A stretch of 24,943 nt of DNA, from positions 1 through 24,943 of the forward strand of contig CAWVWF010000024.1 in the NCBI GenBank assembly GCA_963933885.1. The letters are read 5' to 3'. This DNA is from an uncultured Flavobacteriales bacterium. GTDB lineage: Bacteria; Bacteroidota; Bacteroidia; Flavobacteriales_C; GCA-002722245. The position numbers were made by a program, and so were the translations under genes. Position 1 is the first letter of the stretch. Every line of letters begins with the position of its first letter. Below are positions 9,590-18,720 of this stretch, one piece after another. Under the pieces are notes generated by a model. It worked only from the letters and a program-made list of their open reading frames with translations, was not told the origin of the DNA and searched no databases.

Positions 9590-10411
9590 ATGACTAACAG
9601 TATTCCATTAACTATTCTAACTAATTTCTTTGATTGGAAAGATGCTTTGGATATTCTTTTGGTTTCTGTTTTACTATACCAACTTCACAAGATTATAAAA
9701 GGAACAGTTGCAGTAAATGTTTTTATTGGAATTATTCTAATCTACCTTTTTGGATTGATTGTAGAAGCTGCTCAAATGAAGCTATTGAGTACAATTGTAA
9801 GACAAGTTTTAGGTGTTGGAGCAATCGCATTAATTATTCTTTTCCAGCAAGAAATAAGAAAATTCTTGATATTAATAGGGATAAAAAGCTACAATTCTAC
9901 ACAAGCGAAATGGTTGTTTAATTTAATTCCATTTTTCAGAAAGAAAAGTACTTTAAGCTCTAAATACAAACCTATAATTAATGCTTGCTACAATATGAGT
10001 ACTACCCATACTGGAGCATTAATAGTTTTAGGAAACAGTAGTGATTTATCTTTTTACACATCTACAGGAGATATTATTAACGCTAATGTTAATGTTAGAT
10101 TAATCGAAAATATTTTCTTTAAAAACTCACCGCTTCATGATGGTGCCGTTATTATTGAAAAGGATAAAATTGTTGCTGCACGATGTGTTCTTCCTGTAAC
10201 TGAAAACGAAGAATTCCCTCCACATTTAGGAATGAGACATAGAGCTGCTGCTGGTATTTCAGAATTATCTGATTGTATTGTACTAATTGTTTCTGAAGAA
10301 AGTGGAACAGTTGGTTATTCTAAAAACGGAAAGCTTTATACTAATATATCTAAGGAAGAACTAACTCAGGTGTTGAGTAAAGATTTCAAATCGGAACTTC
10401 TCTCTAACTAA
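9590..10411 (+). CDS. cdaA: Diadenylate cyclase (c-di-AMP synthase), membrane-anchored CdaA type
   Basis: 273 aa with three N-terminal TM helices followed by a DAC domain. The DAC motifs are GALIV, HDGAVII and RHRAAAGISE. Confidence 0.85.
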   Translation: MTNSIPLTILTNFFDWKDALDILLVSVLLYQLHKIIKGTVAVNVFIGIILIYLFGLIVEAAQMKLLSTIVRQVLGVGAIALIILFQQEIRKFLILIGIKSYNSTQAKWLFNLIPFFRKKSTLSSKYKPIINACYNMSTTHTGALIVLGNSSDLSFYTSTGDIINANVNVRLIENIFFKNSPLHDGAVIIEKDKIVAARCVLPVTENEEFPPHLGMRHRAAAGISELSDCIVLIVSEESGTVGYSKNGKLYTNISKEELTQVLSKDFKSELLSN

Positions 10412-10441
10412 TTAATTTTCTGAATTTTAAGCAAAAAAAAT

Positions 10442-10481
10442 ATCCCCATCTGGAACTGATGAGGATAAAGCTTTTTGATTT
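10442..10481 (+). terminator. Candidate intrinsic terminator after cdaA
   Basis: Imperfect hairpin atccccatc / gatgaggat (9-bp stem, one mismatch, 7-nt loop) followed by aaagcTTTTTgaTTT, 30 nt after the cdaA stop. Confidence 0.3.
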
Positions 10482-10757
10482 CACAAAAAGCGAAACTATG
10501 AGTAACTACCTTGCATATTACTCTACGACAGCAATTAGAAAAAAGCCCATCCTTATCGCTCAATAACTTAAAATTAGCGGTGAACGAATTAAGAAACGAG
10601 CCAGGATTATCATTTGGAATCCAGCTAATTTTTAGAACGATCTGTTTTAAGGTGCCATAATCATTTTTTATCTTAGAAATAAATTAGTTTACAGGTTTGA
10701 TAATACACGAAACAAAAACCTGAGTTATTGTGTACTATACGTGCACTACTATTTGTA

Positions 10758-13619
10758 ATGAAAGAAAAAGACAATTTACTTCATCTTCGAAAAGAGATTG
10801 AAAGCCTAAAAAAAGAAAACCTCCATTTAAAAGGAAAGATAAAAGATGTTTTCAGCACTGTTTCTCATGGGAAACCGACAGTATACTCTACGTTTAACTC
10901 AGACGAAACATTAGAAAACCTTTTAAATTTATTCTCTGAATTAGAATCAAAAAAAGCCCTTTTAGATCAAAACCTCCAAGCATTAGATTCCGTTAATGAT
11001 GGAATAGCAATATTTGATAAAGATGGATTTTTAGTGTTTTCTAATAAATCGTTTCCAAAAGTTTTTCGGTTATCTTCTCAAAATTTAATTGGTAAACATT
11101 GGAGAGAAATTTTTAAAGGCGAAATAGAGTCCTCAATTAGATCATTACTTAGAGAAGTAAATCATAATTATGCTGTTCACAAGGAAGTAGTTATTCCATA
11201 TAAAAACGAAAGCATCTTTGTATCATCCTCTATCCATCCATTAGAAAATGGTGATTTTTTAATCAATGTTAAAGATGTTACTAGAGAAAAAGAAAAGCTA
11301 CATAAAATTCAAGAACAAGCTTTACTTTTAAAATCATCAGGAGAATTCATAGGAATTTGTAATTCTAAATTTGAATTTACTTTTCTAAATGATTCAGCGA
11401 TAAATTTATTTTCCATTCACAATGACTGGAAAGGCATGAAGTTCAGCGACTTTCTTCTTAATGGAAAAGTATTGGAAAAAGAAATAATCCCGAAGCTAAA
11501 GGAACGAAAAGGGTGGATTGGTGAATTAAATGTAAAAACGAAAAATAGAACATTCCCAATTGGTTGTGAAATAATGCCATTTCAAGCAACTCAGCTATCC
11601 AAAGGAGGTTACTATATAATACTGCGAGATATCACAGAAAGAAAACAAGCAATAAAAAAGCTTGTTGATGCAAAAGATGCTGCTGAAAACAACATGAAAA
11701 TCCGCCAGCAGTTCTTAGCGAATATGAGCCACGAAGTTCGTACTCCAATGAATGCAATAATTGGATTATCAAGCCTATTGTTAGATGGTACTTTAAAAGG
11801 GAAACAAAAACAATTTGCAGACTCTATAAAACTCTCAGCTGAAAACTTATTGGTTATTTTAAACGACATTTTAGATATTTCGAAAATGGAAAGTGGTAAA
11901 TTATCAATTGAGAAAGTATCTTTTGACTTTTACCAGTTAATAGAAGGTGTTAGATCTATTTTTGTTCATAAAATAGAAGATAAAGGAATAAAGTTCATAA
12001 TCAACATTGAAGAAGAGATTCCTGATTTTTTAATTGGTGATCCAACAAGACTTAATCAGATTTTATTGAATCTGATTAGTAATGCTGTGAAGTTCACTGA
12101 CAAAGGACATATTTCTTTAAATATAAAAGCTGTTACAAACAGTCAATCTGAAACAACACTTCAATTTGAAGTTGAAGACACAGGGTTAGGTATAGCAAAA
12201 GAAAACTTAGAAAAAATATTCAATGTTTTCACTCAAGAATCCTCTAATACAGCTAGGTTATTTGGAGGTACTGGACTTGGATTAGCAATAGTTAAACAGC
12301 TAATAGGAATACAAAATGGAAAAATAAATGTTCGATCAATTATAAATAAAGGAAGTGTTTTTACGGCTGAAATAAAATACGGAATACCTAAAGTTCAACT
12401 TGAACAACCTAAAGAATTTAATGAAGATTTTCAACTATCTAAATTAAAAGAGGCAAGAATCATAATGGCTGAGGATTACCCTATGAATCAACTTCTGGCT
12501 AAAAGCTTGTTTGATAAATGGGGACTTCATTTAACTATCGTAGAAAACGGAAAGGAACTGCTTAACGACTTAAATACGAACACATATGATATAATATTAA
12601 TGGACATCCAAATGCCAGAAATGGATGGTTTAGAGGCAACTCGAAAACTTAGACAAAGAGGTATTAGAACTCCAGTTATTGCAATTACAGCTCATGCTTT
12701 TGCTGAAGAACAAGAACAATGCATTAAATCAGGAATGAATGATTTTATTTCAAAACCATTTAAGGAAAAAGATTTAAAAGAAAAACTGATTACATTTTTA
12801 CATTTAAAACCTGATGATATTCAAACCATTAGGAAACATACCCCTACTCCAATATCCAATGACATAAGCTACTTCAAACTTAACTATATTAAAGAGATGG
12901 GAGCAGGTGATAAAAGATTCACTATTGACATGCTTGAAATGTTTCTCCAACAAGTACCTAAATCATTAAACGATATTATTAAAGCTTTAAATCAAGGAAA
13001 TAAAAAAGAAATATCAAAATACGCACATACCTTACAATCCTCTTTCGAAATTATTGAACGATCAGATGTAAAGTCGGATTTAAAAAGACTTGAACTGTGG
13101 GGGAAAGAAATAGAACCATTAGACAATCCTATAGGTGAACTTGAGTCTATTATAGAGAAATCTAAATTGATTATCCAAGCTGTTTCTGATTATCTTGGTA
13201 AGGTTGTAAATACTAGCTTCACTCCTATTGAAATGGTTTATAATACGAACACCTTAAGTGAGGTAATTATAAACTTCAGAAAAATAAATGAGCTAGCAGT
13301 AGGTGATAATAATTTCATTAGAGAAATGCTAAACTTATACGTTTCACAAACCTCTGGTCAATTAGAAGTGATAAGTCAACTTTGTAAAAAAGGAGACCAC
13401 TTTGAAGCAAGTACTATATTTCACAACATGATCGCATCGTTTGATTTAATTGGATGCGAAAACTTAATGAACTCTTCTAGAAGGTTGGAAAACCTTACTA
13501 TCAATAATGAGAAGTCAAAAAACTTAGACACTATGATAGATCAGTTTATCACGCTTACCAAATCTACTTTCGAGATTGTAAAAACAAAAGCAAATGAAGA
13601 ATTCAAGATTAAGCTTTAA
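10758..13619 (+). CDS. Cytoplasmic hybrid sensor histidine kinase/response regulator with two PAS domains and two C-terminal Hpt-like domains
   Basis: The ORF-track start 10728 is TTG. The first ATG at 10758 gives MKEKDNLLHL with a coiled-coil leader and no TM segment. PAS-like blocks are DSVNDGIAIFDKDGFLVFSNKSF and LLKSSGEFIGICNSKFEFTFLN. HisKA H-box MSHEVRTPMNAIIG. HATPase N/G boxes LNLISNAVKFT, DTGLGI and GGTGLGLAIVK. Receiver domain with DIILMDIQMPEMDG and KP. Hpt 1 has KYAHTLQSS. Hpt 2 has FHNMIASFDLIGCENL. Confidence 0.85.
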   Translation: MKEKDNLLHLRKEIESLKKENLHLKGKIKDVFSTVSHGKPTVYSTFNSDETLENLLNLFSELESKKALLDQNLQALDSVNDGIAIFDKDGFLVFSNKSFPKVFRLSSQNLIGKHWREIFKGEIESSIRSLLREVNHNYAVHKEVVIPYKNESIFVSSSIHPLENGDFLINVKDVTREKEKLHKIQEQALLLKSSGEFIGICNSKFEFTFLNDSAINLFSIHNDWKGMKFSDFLLNGKVLEKEIIPKLKERKGWIGELNVKTKNRTFPIGCEIMPFQATQLSKGGYYIILRDITERKQAIKKLVDAKDAAENNMKIRQQFLANMSHEVRTPMNAIIGLSSLLLDGTLKGKQKQFADSIKLSAENLLVILNDILDISKMESGKLSIEKVSFDFYQLIEGVRSIFVHKIEDKGIKFIINIEEEIPDFLIGDPTRLNQILLNLISNAVKFTDKGHISLNIKAVTNSQSETTLQFEVEDTGLGIAKENLEKIFNVFTQESSNTARLFGGTGLGLAIVKQLIGIQNGKINVRSIINKGSVFTAEIKYGIPKVQLEQPKEFNEDFQLSKLKEARIIMAEDYPMNQLLAKSLFDKWGLHLTIVENGKELLNDLNTNTYDIILMDIQMPEMDGLEATRKLRQRGIRTPVIAITAHAFAEEQEQCIKSGMNDFISKPFKEKDLKEKLITFLHLKPDDIQTIRKHTPTPISNDISYFKLNYIKEMGAGDKRFTIDMLEMFLQQVPKSLNDIIKALNQGNKKEISKYAHTLQSSFEIIERSDVKSDLKRLELWGKEIEPLDNPIGELESIIEKSKLIIQAVSDYLGKVVNTSFTPIEMVYNTNTLSEVIINFRKINELAVGDNNFIREMLNLYVSQTSGQLEVISQLCKKGDHFEASTIFHNMIASFDLIGCENLMNSSRRLENLTINNEKSKNLDTMIDQFITLTKSTFEIVKTKANEEFKIKL

Positions 13620-13783
13620 TCTTCACTTCCTAATTTCTTATACAACCAATATGCCGCTGCAACTAAGGCAAGTAACAATGCTATATTTAAAATCCATCCA
13701 AATATCTTAAATATATACATTGACAAGAAGTAAAGTACTACACCTAATAATATCCAATAACCTAATTTCTTTAACTCTTTCAT
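13616..13783 (-). CDS. Unannotated 55-aa two-TM small membrane protein, translationally coupled to the giant AAA+ gene
   Basis: Minus-strand ORF MKELKKLGYWILLGVVLYFLSMYIFKIFGWILNIALLLALVAAAYWLYKKLGSED. Its ATG overlaps the giant gene stop (TAATG at 13781..13785). It has two hydrophobic helices with Lys flanks. It falls below the ORF-track length cut-off. Its stop overlaps the kinase stop convergently. Confidence 0.4.
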   Translation of the reverse strand: MKELKKLGYWILLGVVLYFLSMYIFKIFGWILNIALLLALVAAAYWLYKKLGSED

Positions 13784-16700
13784 TAGTCAACTCCGTTTAA
13801 ACCGTTTTCAATAACTTCTTTTAATGACTTTAATCCTAGATTAAACTCATCCATTTCCAATAATATTTTCCCCATATTATCTCCTCCTACACCGTTGTAT
13901 TTGTTGTTTTTCTTAAATTGATCAACAATAGAATTCCAACGATCTAATTCCTCTTCACTTTGATAACCAGTTAAAGATTTAAACTTTAACAAGTTTGATT
14001 CTGCGTTAGATGTTAAAGTCTGTGATTCACTTTCATAATGTGCCATAAGAATCTCCTCAAGTTCCTCATCATTCATTATAGGGACAATCTTCGCAGAAAT
14101 CTTATTCATATCCCTATAAGAACCCTGTAATTTAAAAACTGGCTCTAAACGATATTCATCAGCTTGCGCTGCAGATTCAATATATTGTTGATTCACTTTC
14201 AAGATAACATCTCTTGCTACAAAAAGCTTCTTCAAAACACTTGTAATCTCTGTAATATCATCAGATGTAATATTACTTTCTAAATGTAAATTCTCACTAT
14301 TTCCTGTTTCTGCGAACTCAATTAAACTATATAAATCTTGCTGACTTTTTGAAGACAGCTTACTCAACACAGAATTACTCGTTAAACAGTTTTCAACATA
14401 AGACAACTTAAATGCTCTCTCTGACCCTCCTAGTATATCCCCAAGGTTATAAGTATCAGCCCTATTCGTTAACATATCTGGAATTTGAAACTTATCTCCA
14501 CTTTCAGTATATGGGTTCCCCGCCATTACAACACAGACTTTCTTACCTCTTAGATCATAAGTTTTAGATTTACCTTTATAAACTCCTTCTATTTTTCTTT
14601 GTCCATCACAAAGAGAAATAAATTTTTGCAAAAACTCTGGATTACAATGCTGAATATCATCAAGATATATCATTACATTATCTCCCATTTCAAAAGCCAA
14701 GTTCAACTTTTTCAATTCATCTCTTGTTGCTGAATTATCTGCTAAAGCTGGATCAATTGAAGTAATCGAATGCCCTAAAGCAGGACCATTGATTTTCATG
14801 AAAATCAAACCAAGTCTTGAAGCTACATATTCCATTAATGTAGTTTTTCCATAACCTGGAGGTGAAATCAATAACAACATCCCCATTAAATCGGTACGTT
14901 TATTCTCTCCTGCCTCTCCTATTTGTTTCGCAAGATTATCTCCAATAATAGGAAGATACACTTCATTAATTAATCGGTTTCTAACAAATGAACTTAAAAC
15001 TCTTGGTTTAAATTCGTCCAGTTTAAGTGTTTCCTTAAAATCTGAAACTAATGTTTTCTTTAAATCTAAAAAAGCCTTGTAGTTTGGTACTTCAATATTC
15101 TCAAAAACTGTTAATTGCGTAACAAAATCTATAAACTTAAATGATAGTTCACCATTTATAACTTTTGAATGTTCTCCAACCAAACCAGAAACAATCGTTC
15201 CTGTTTCAACATTTGAAACCTGAGAAACTTCGTAGCTATTATCCATTACCAACAAAGTCGTTTCTAAACAAACCCCTGCATCTTCAAAAGAAATTGAATC
15301 AGCATAAGAATCTACCCATTTCTTAACGAATACAAACTTATCTACATTCGTTTCTGCGAGTTTCTTTAAAGAATTTAAATACGTTTCTTTATGTTTTCCG
15401 TTTACTAAGAACTTATTGAATTCATCTTTGAATTCCCAAGCCTTATGATCAATTACAAATTTTGAATTAGATTTCAATTCTTCAAAAAGGTAATTAGCAG
15501 AATCAATAGATTCATCTTGAAGTAATTCTTTCCCTGCTGCAAAAACATCAATTTGAAGACTAATATTTGTAATCAAATCATCCATTTCATTACTTGTTGG
15601 AAAAACAGACAATAACAATGAAAGAGATTTAATCTTATCTGAAATCACTTTTCTCTGCTCTTCGTTTAATCCGTATTTCCAGAACAACTGTGCTTTAACT
15701 CTGCTCTCATTCGAGAAACGAAGCAAACCAATAGACTGATTTAACTCAATCAACTTCCTTAATATTTTTGCAGCATCAAAATCATGAACACCTTTCAAAT
15801 AACCTTCTTCATATCTAGACGCCATTCTTTTTTGAACAAAATCAAGTAATTCTTCTTCTGAAAAATGAAGCGTATCCTCATGATCTCCTGCCTCAATTTC
15901 TTTAAATAAACTGAAGGCTAAAAATTCTGAACGGTAAACAGTCTTATTTTCTGAAGGTAAATGAAGTGACCAATAATCTTTGAACTGATAAAATGCTTCA
16001 TCTTCTAACTTATCATAAAAGTTAGTTCCTGTTAAGTGAAAATACATTTCATCCCCTTTGGGTACTATTGTTAAGTCCAACGGTTGAGTATTAACTGAAA
16101 ACTTACGCTTCCCGAAAGAGATAATATTTTCTCCATCAACAAAAAGCTCTTTTCTATCCTTTAATTGTCTGATTGAGTCTTCTTGAGTAGATTTTAATTT
16201 ACTCTGAATTTCATCTGCTTTCACAGAGTCTTTCATTTCAATCAATTGCTTTACAATATCACGAACTTTATCAACCATGATATCACTCGCTAAGTAAGAA
16301 TTGATTTCAGACACTGAATCCATCTGAGACAATTTATTCTTTACTCCTTTTAAAATCCTATTCGCAGAATTTAATAATGCACTCGATTTCTTGTTGAATT
16401 GCTCTAAAACCTGAGCCTTCTTAGTTTCGAAGATATTATAAACTTCTTCTCGCTTTTGGATAACAGTTTCTATAAACTCAGGAAAATCAGAAAATCTTCC
16501 TTCTAATTCTTCAAGCTTAACCATTACCTTATTCAAATACTCATCACACTTTTCTTGTGTATCACTTATATCTATATAATTCCCGAGACTCTGCTCTACT
16601 AATTTTATTTGTGCGGCAAACTCAGACTTTCCTTCTTTAAGCATAAGAGATTTTTTAATACCTCTTAACTTTGATCTAAGTTGATTGAACTTACTATATA

Positions 16701-18666
16701 TTTTAGATATATTATCTACAATTTTTGTTGTTTGAGTTGTATCCTTAATCTTTAAATTAGATACTACATCAATCAACATTTCAAGCTCACCTGCCGTCTT
16801 ATTAATATCTTCATTTACATTGTCGCATGTTTGTACTTTAAGCACCTTAGCAATCTCCCCCTCAATCGTTAATACCTTATCAGAATATGGATTAAGAGAT
16901 TCTTTTTTCAATAAGAACTGAATACAACGTTCACTTTGAGTTTCGTTTAGCTTTGAAAGAATCTCTTCATAACCTTCAATTTTTTCTAGATCTGCATATC
17001 TAAGGTCTCTTAAACTTATTGCTTCACCACGAAGATTTCTAATAACAGATAAGACTTCAACAAAGTCATGAATTTTATCGTAATTACTAGACTTTAATTT
17101 CTTAATAAGATTATCTAGCTTTAAAAACACTTCACCAGAAACCTCGTTTGTATTCTTCCTCGCTCTAACTACTTTATCAAATTCGTCTATTGCAAGTTCT
17201 GCTGTAGACTTAATTTCTTCAATAGATTCTGATATGTTAAAAGCTTCAGATTTGTTTAACCAATAATAGGAATCCAATACATCCGTAGAGAGCTTCTTAA
17301 TATCATAATACAAGTCTTGATAGTTCTCATCTTTCTTTAAAAGACCAACTAACTCATTCCCTTCAGACATTGCTTTAACAACATCTTTATTTCCAATTTT
17401 ATACAAATAATTACTTGTATCTCCTGAGTCAGCAATACCTGCTTCAGTATATGGAGTTTGCCAAATTTGAATTACATGATGTTTCTGAGGATCTTCATCT
17501 GCTGAAAAATAACACAATGAACCATCATCGAAAAATGAGTAACCACTACAAATAATTGGCTTAGCTGCTTTTTGACTTATAATATTATATGAAAACAAAC
17601 TATATGTCCCTGTACTTTCTTGATAGAACACAAATAAGTTATCTTCTCCATTTGGAGACACAATTTTTTTATCAAAGCCAACCCCTTCAATATCTAACTC
17701 AAAAGTTTTAGAAGCTCCATTTTGTAAATAGAATCCATTAGGGAAAATTACACCTTGATCATCTGGCAATAACAAACATGCTGTTTCAATAGCATCAACA
17801 CGAACAACTGTGCTCAGTTTTTCATTAAAAATAAAATACCTAGCGTTTTCTTGATAGGGTTTTATTTTTAATAAAATGATACTTCCTAAATCAACATAAT
17901 GATAATCTGCATCATCTAAAGTTTGATCCTTATTATCAACAGCTTCAGAATAAATTCCTTTACCATCATTTGTATTATCTTCAATTTTTATGGTTAAATC
18001 GCCTTTTATAGTTTCTACAAATACACGATCTAAAATAGACACATGTGGTTCTTCACCTGCTCTATGTGCATCTCTTGTTACTTTCTCCCATTCAAACTCA
18101 TGTTGAGATGGATTTACAACTTCATGATCAAATCTACTTCCTATATAAGTAAGTGAATCATCTTCATTTACTTGCCATTTAAATGCTTTAAAATCAGAAG
18201 CAGACTTTCCAATCTGGAAAATCATAAATAAGAAAGGGCCTATCTCTACAAACTTTGTAAATACAGTTGTTTTATAGTACTTATAAACGTCCTGAAATTC
18301 CTTTTCAAATTCAGTATTATTAATTAACTCTAAAGTCTCTTCTTTGAAATTCTCATTATAAGTGTAAATGCTAAAAACATCTTTAGGTAGTACTTCAGAC
18401 CTTAAACCAACAAAAACATTATATCCGAAAATAAACTTGTTTCCAACAGGAATCATATCCCTAGGAACACAGTTGTTTTGAGTATTAATTCTTTCGGTAG
18501 CAATTAACTTAGTTTCAATTGAACCAAAGACTTCTTTCCTAGAAACATTTAATTTCTCAAGTTTTTCAGAAAGAGAAACAGCACCATCAGAAAGTCTTTT
18601 TCTCAAAACTTCGTAAGTACCACTCGCTATATTTACTTCTGGATTTTCTGTAGAATTATCAGCCAT
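13783..18666 (-). CDS. Giant (~1627 aa) multidomain protein with C-proximal MoxR/AAA_5-type AAA+ ATPase module
   Basis: 4.9-kb ORF. The track start 18714 is TTG. The first ATG at 18666 gives MADNSTENPEV. Layout: beta-rich N-terminal ~450 aa, then a ~600-aa K/E-rich helical/coiled-coil region, then an AAA+ core. Walker A LLLISPPGYGKTTL; Walker B VMIYLDDIQHCNPEFLQKFISLCD; sensor-1 VCVVMAGNP; Arg finger IPDMLTNRA. Spacing and pattern match MoxR/dynein-type AAA_5, not ABC/SMC (no LSGGQ). A ~230-aa C-terminal extension follows. Confidence 0.8.
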   Translation of the reverse strand: MADNSTENPEVNIASGTYEVLRKRLSDGAVSLSEKLEKLNVSRKEVFGSIETKLIATERINTQNNCVPRDMIPVGNKFIFGYNVFVGLRSEVLPKDVFSIYTYNENFKEETLELINNTEFEKEFQDVYKYYKTTVFTKFVEIGPFLFMIFQIGKSASDFKAFKWQVNEDDSLTYIGSRFDHEVVNPSQHEFEWEKVTRDAHRAGEEPHVSILDRVFVETIKGDLTIKIEDNTNDGKGIYSEAVDNKDQTLDDADYHYVDLGSIILLKIKPYQENARYFIFNEKLSTVVRVDAIETACLLLPDDQGVIFPNGFYLQNGASKTFELDIEGVGFDKKIVSPNGEDNLFVFYQESTGTYSLFSYNIISQKAAKPIICSGYSFFDDGSLCYFSADEDPQKHHVIQIWQTPYTEAGIADSGDTSNYLYKIGNKDVVKAMSEGNELVGLLKKDENYQDLYYDIKKLSTDVLDSYYWLNKSEAFNISESIEEIKSTAELAIDEFDKVVRARKNTNEVSGEVFLKLDNLIKKLKSSNYDKIHDFVEVLSVIRNLRGEAISLRDLRYADLEKIEGYEEILSKLNETQSERCIQFLLKKESLNPYSDKVLTIEGEIAKVLKVQTCDNVNEDINKTAGELEMLIDVVSNLKIKDTTQTTKIVDNISKIYSKFNQLRSKLRGIKKSLMLKEGKSEFAAQIKLVEQSLGNYIDISDTQEKCDEYLNKVMVKLEELEGRFSDFPEFIETVIQKREEVYNIFETKKAQVLEQFNKKSSALLNSANRILKGVKNKLSQMDSVSEINSYLASDIMVDKVRDIVKQLIEMKDSVKADEIQSKLKSTQEDSIRQLKDRKELFVDGENIISFGKRKFSVNTQPLDLTIVPKGDEMYFHLTGTNFYDKLEDEAFYQFKDYWSLHLPSENKTVYRSEFLAFSLFKEIEAGDHEDTLHFSEEELLDFVQKRMASRYEEGYLKGVHDFDAAKILRKLIELNQSIGLLRFSNESRVKAQLFWKYGLNEEQRKVISDKIKSLSLLLSVFPTSNEMDDLITNISLQIDVFAAGKELLQDESIDSANYLFEELKSNSKFVIDHKAWEFKDEFNKFLVNGKHKETYLNSLKKLAETNVDKFVFVKKWVDSYADSISFEDAGVCLETTLLVMDNSYEVSQVSNVETGTIVSGLVGEHSKVINGELSFKFIDFVTQLTVFENIEVPNYKAFLDLKKTLVSDFKETLKLDEFKPRVLSSFVRNRLINEVYLPIIGDNLAKQIGEAGENKRTDLMGMLLLISPPGYGKTTLMEYVASRLGLIFMKINGPALGHSITSIDPALADNSATRDELKKLNLAFEMGDNVMIYLDDIQHCNPEFLQKFISLCDGQRKIEGVYKGKSKTYDLRGKKVCVVMAGNPYTESGDKFQIPDMLTNRADTYNLGDILGGSERAFKLSYVENCLTSNSVLSKLSSKSQQDLYSLIEFAETGNSENLHLESNITSDDITEITSVLKKLFVARDVILKVNQQYIESAAQADEYRLEPVFKLQGSYRDMNKISAKIVPIMNDEELEEILMAHYESESQTLTSNAESNLLKFKSLTGYQSEEELDRWNSIVDQFKKNNKYNGVGGDNMGKILLEMDEFNLGLKSLKEVIENGLNGVD

Positions 18667-18720
18667 GCTTATCAAAATATACTGTATCTCTCTTTCATAT
18701 CGAATGAAAAACAAACACTA

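Noticed and set aside
10412-10757. 346-bp intergenic region after cdaA searched for a tRNA, riboswitch or small gene
   Set aside because: Only trivial ORFs of 22 aa or less. No cloverleaf-compatible stems and no convincing conserved-looking structure beyond the candidate cdaA terminator and a 5-bp ggatt/aatcc stem. Most likely just the kinase promoter/leader.
13783-18666. Interpreting the giant protein as an SMC/SbcC-type 'DNA repair ATPase', or as a dynamin-like GTPase because of a D-L-R-G match
   Set aside because: The Walker B, sensor-1 and arginine-finger spacing fit the AAA+ MoxR/AAA_5 pattern (hhhhDD...NP...NRA). There is no ABC signature (LSGGQ), Q-loop or D-loop. The DxxG is not preceded by a hydrophobic strand and there is no NKxD G4 motif. 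The long coiled coil alone is insufficient for an SMC call.
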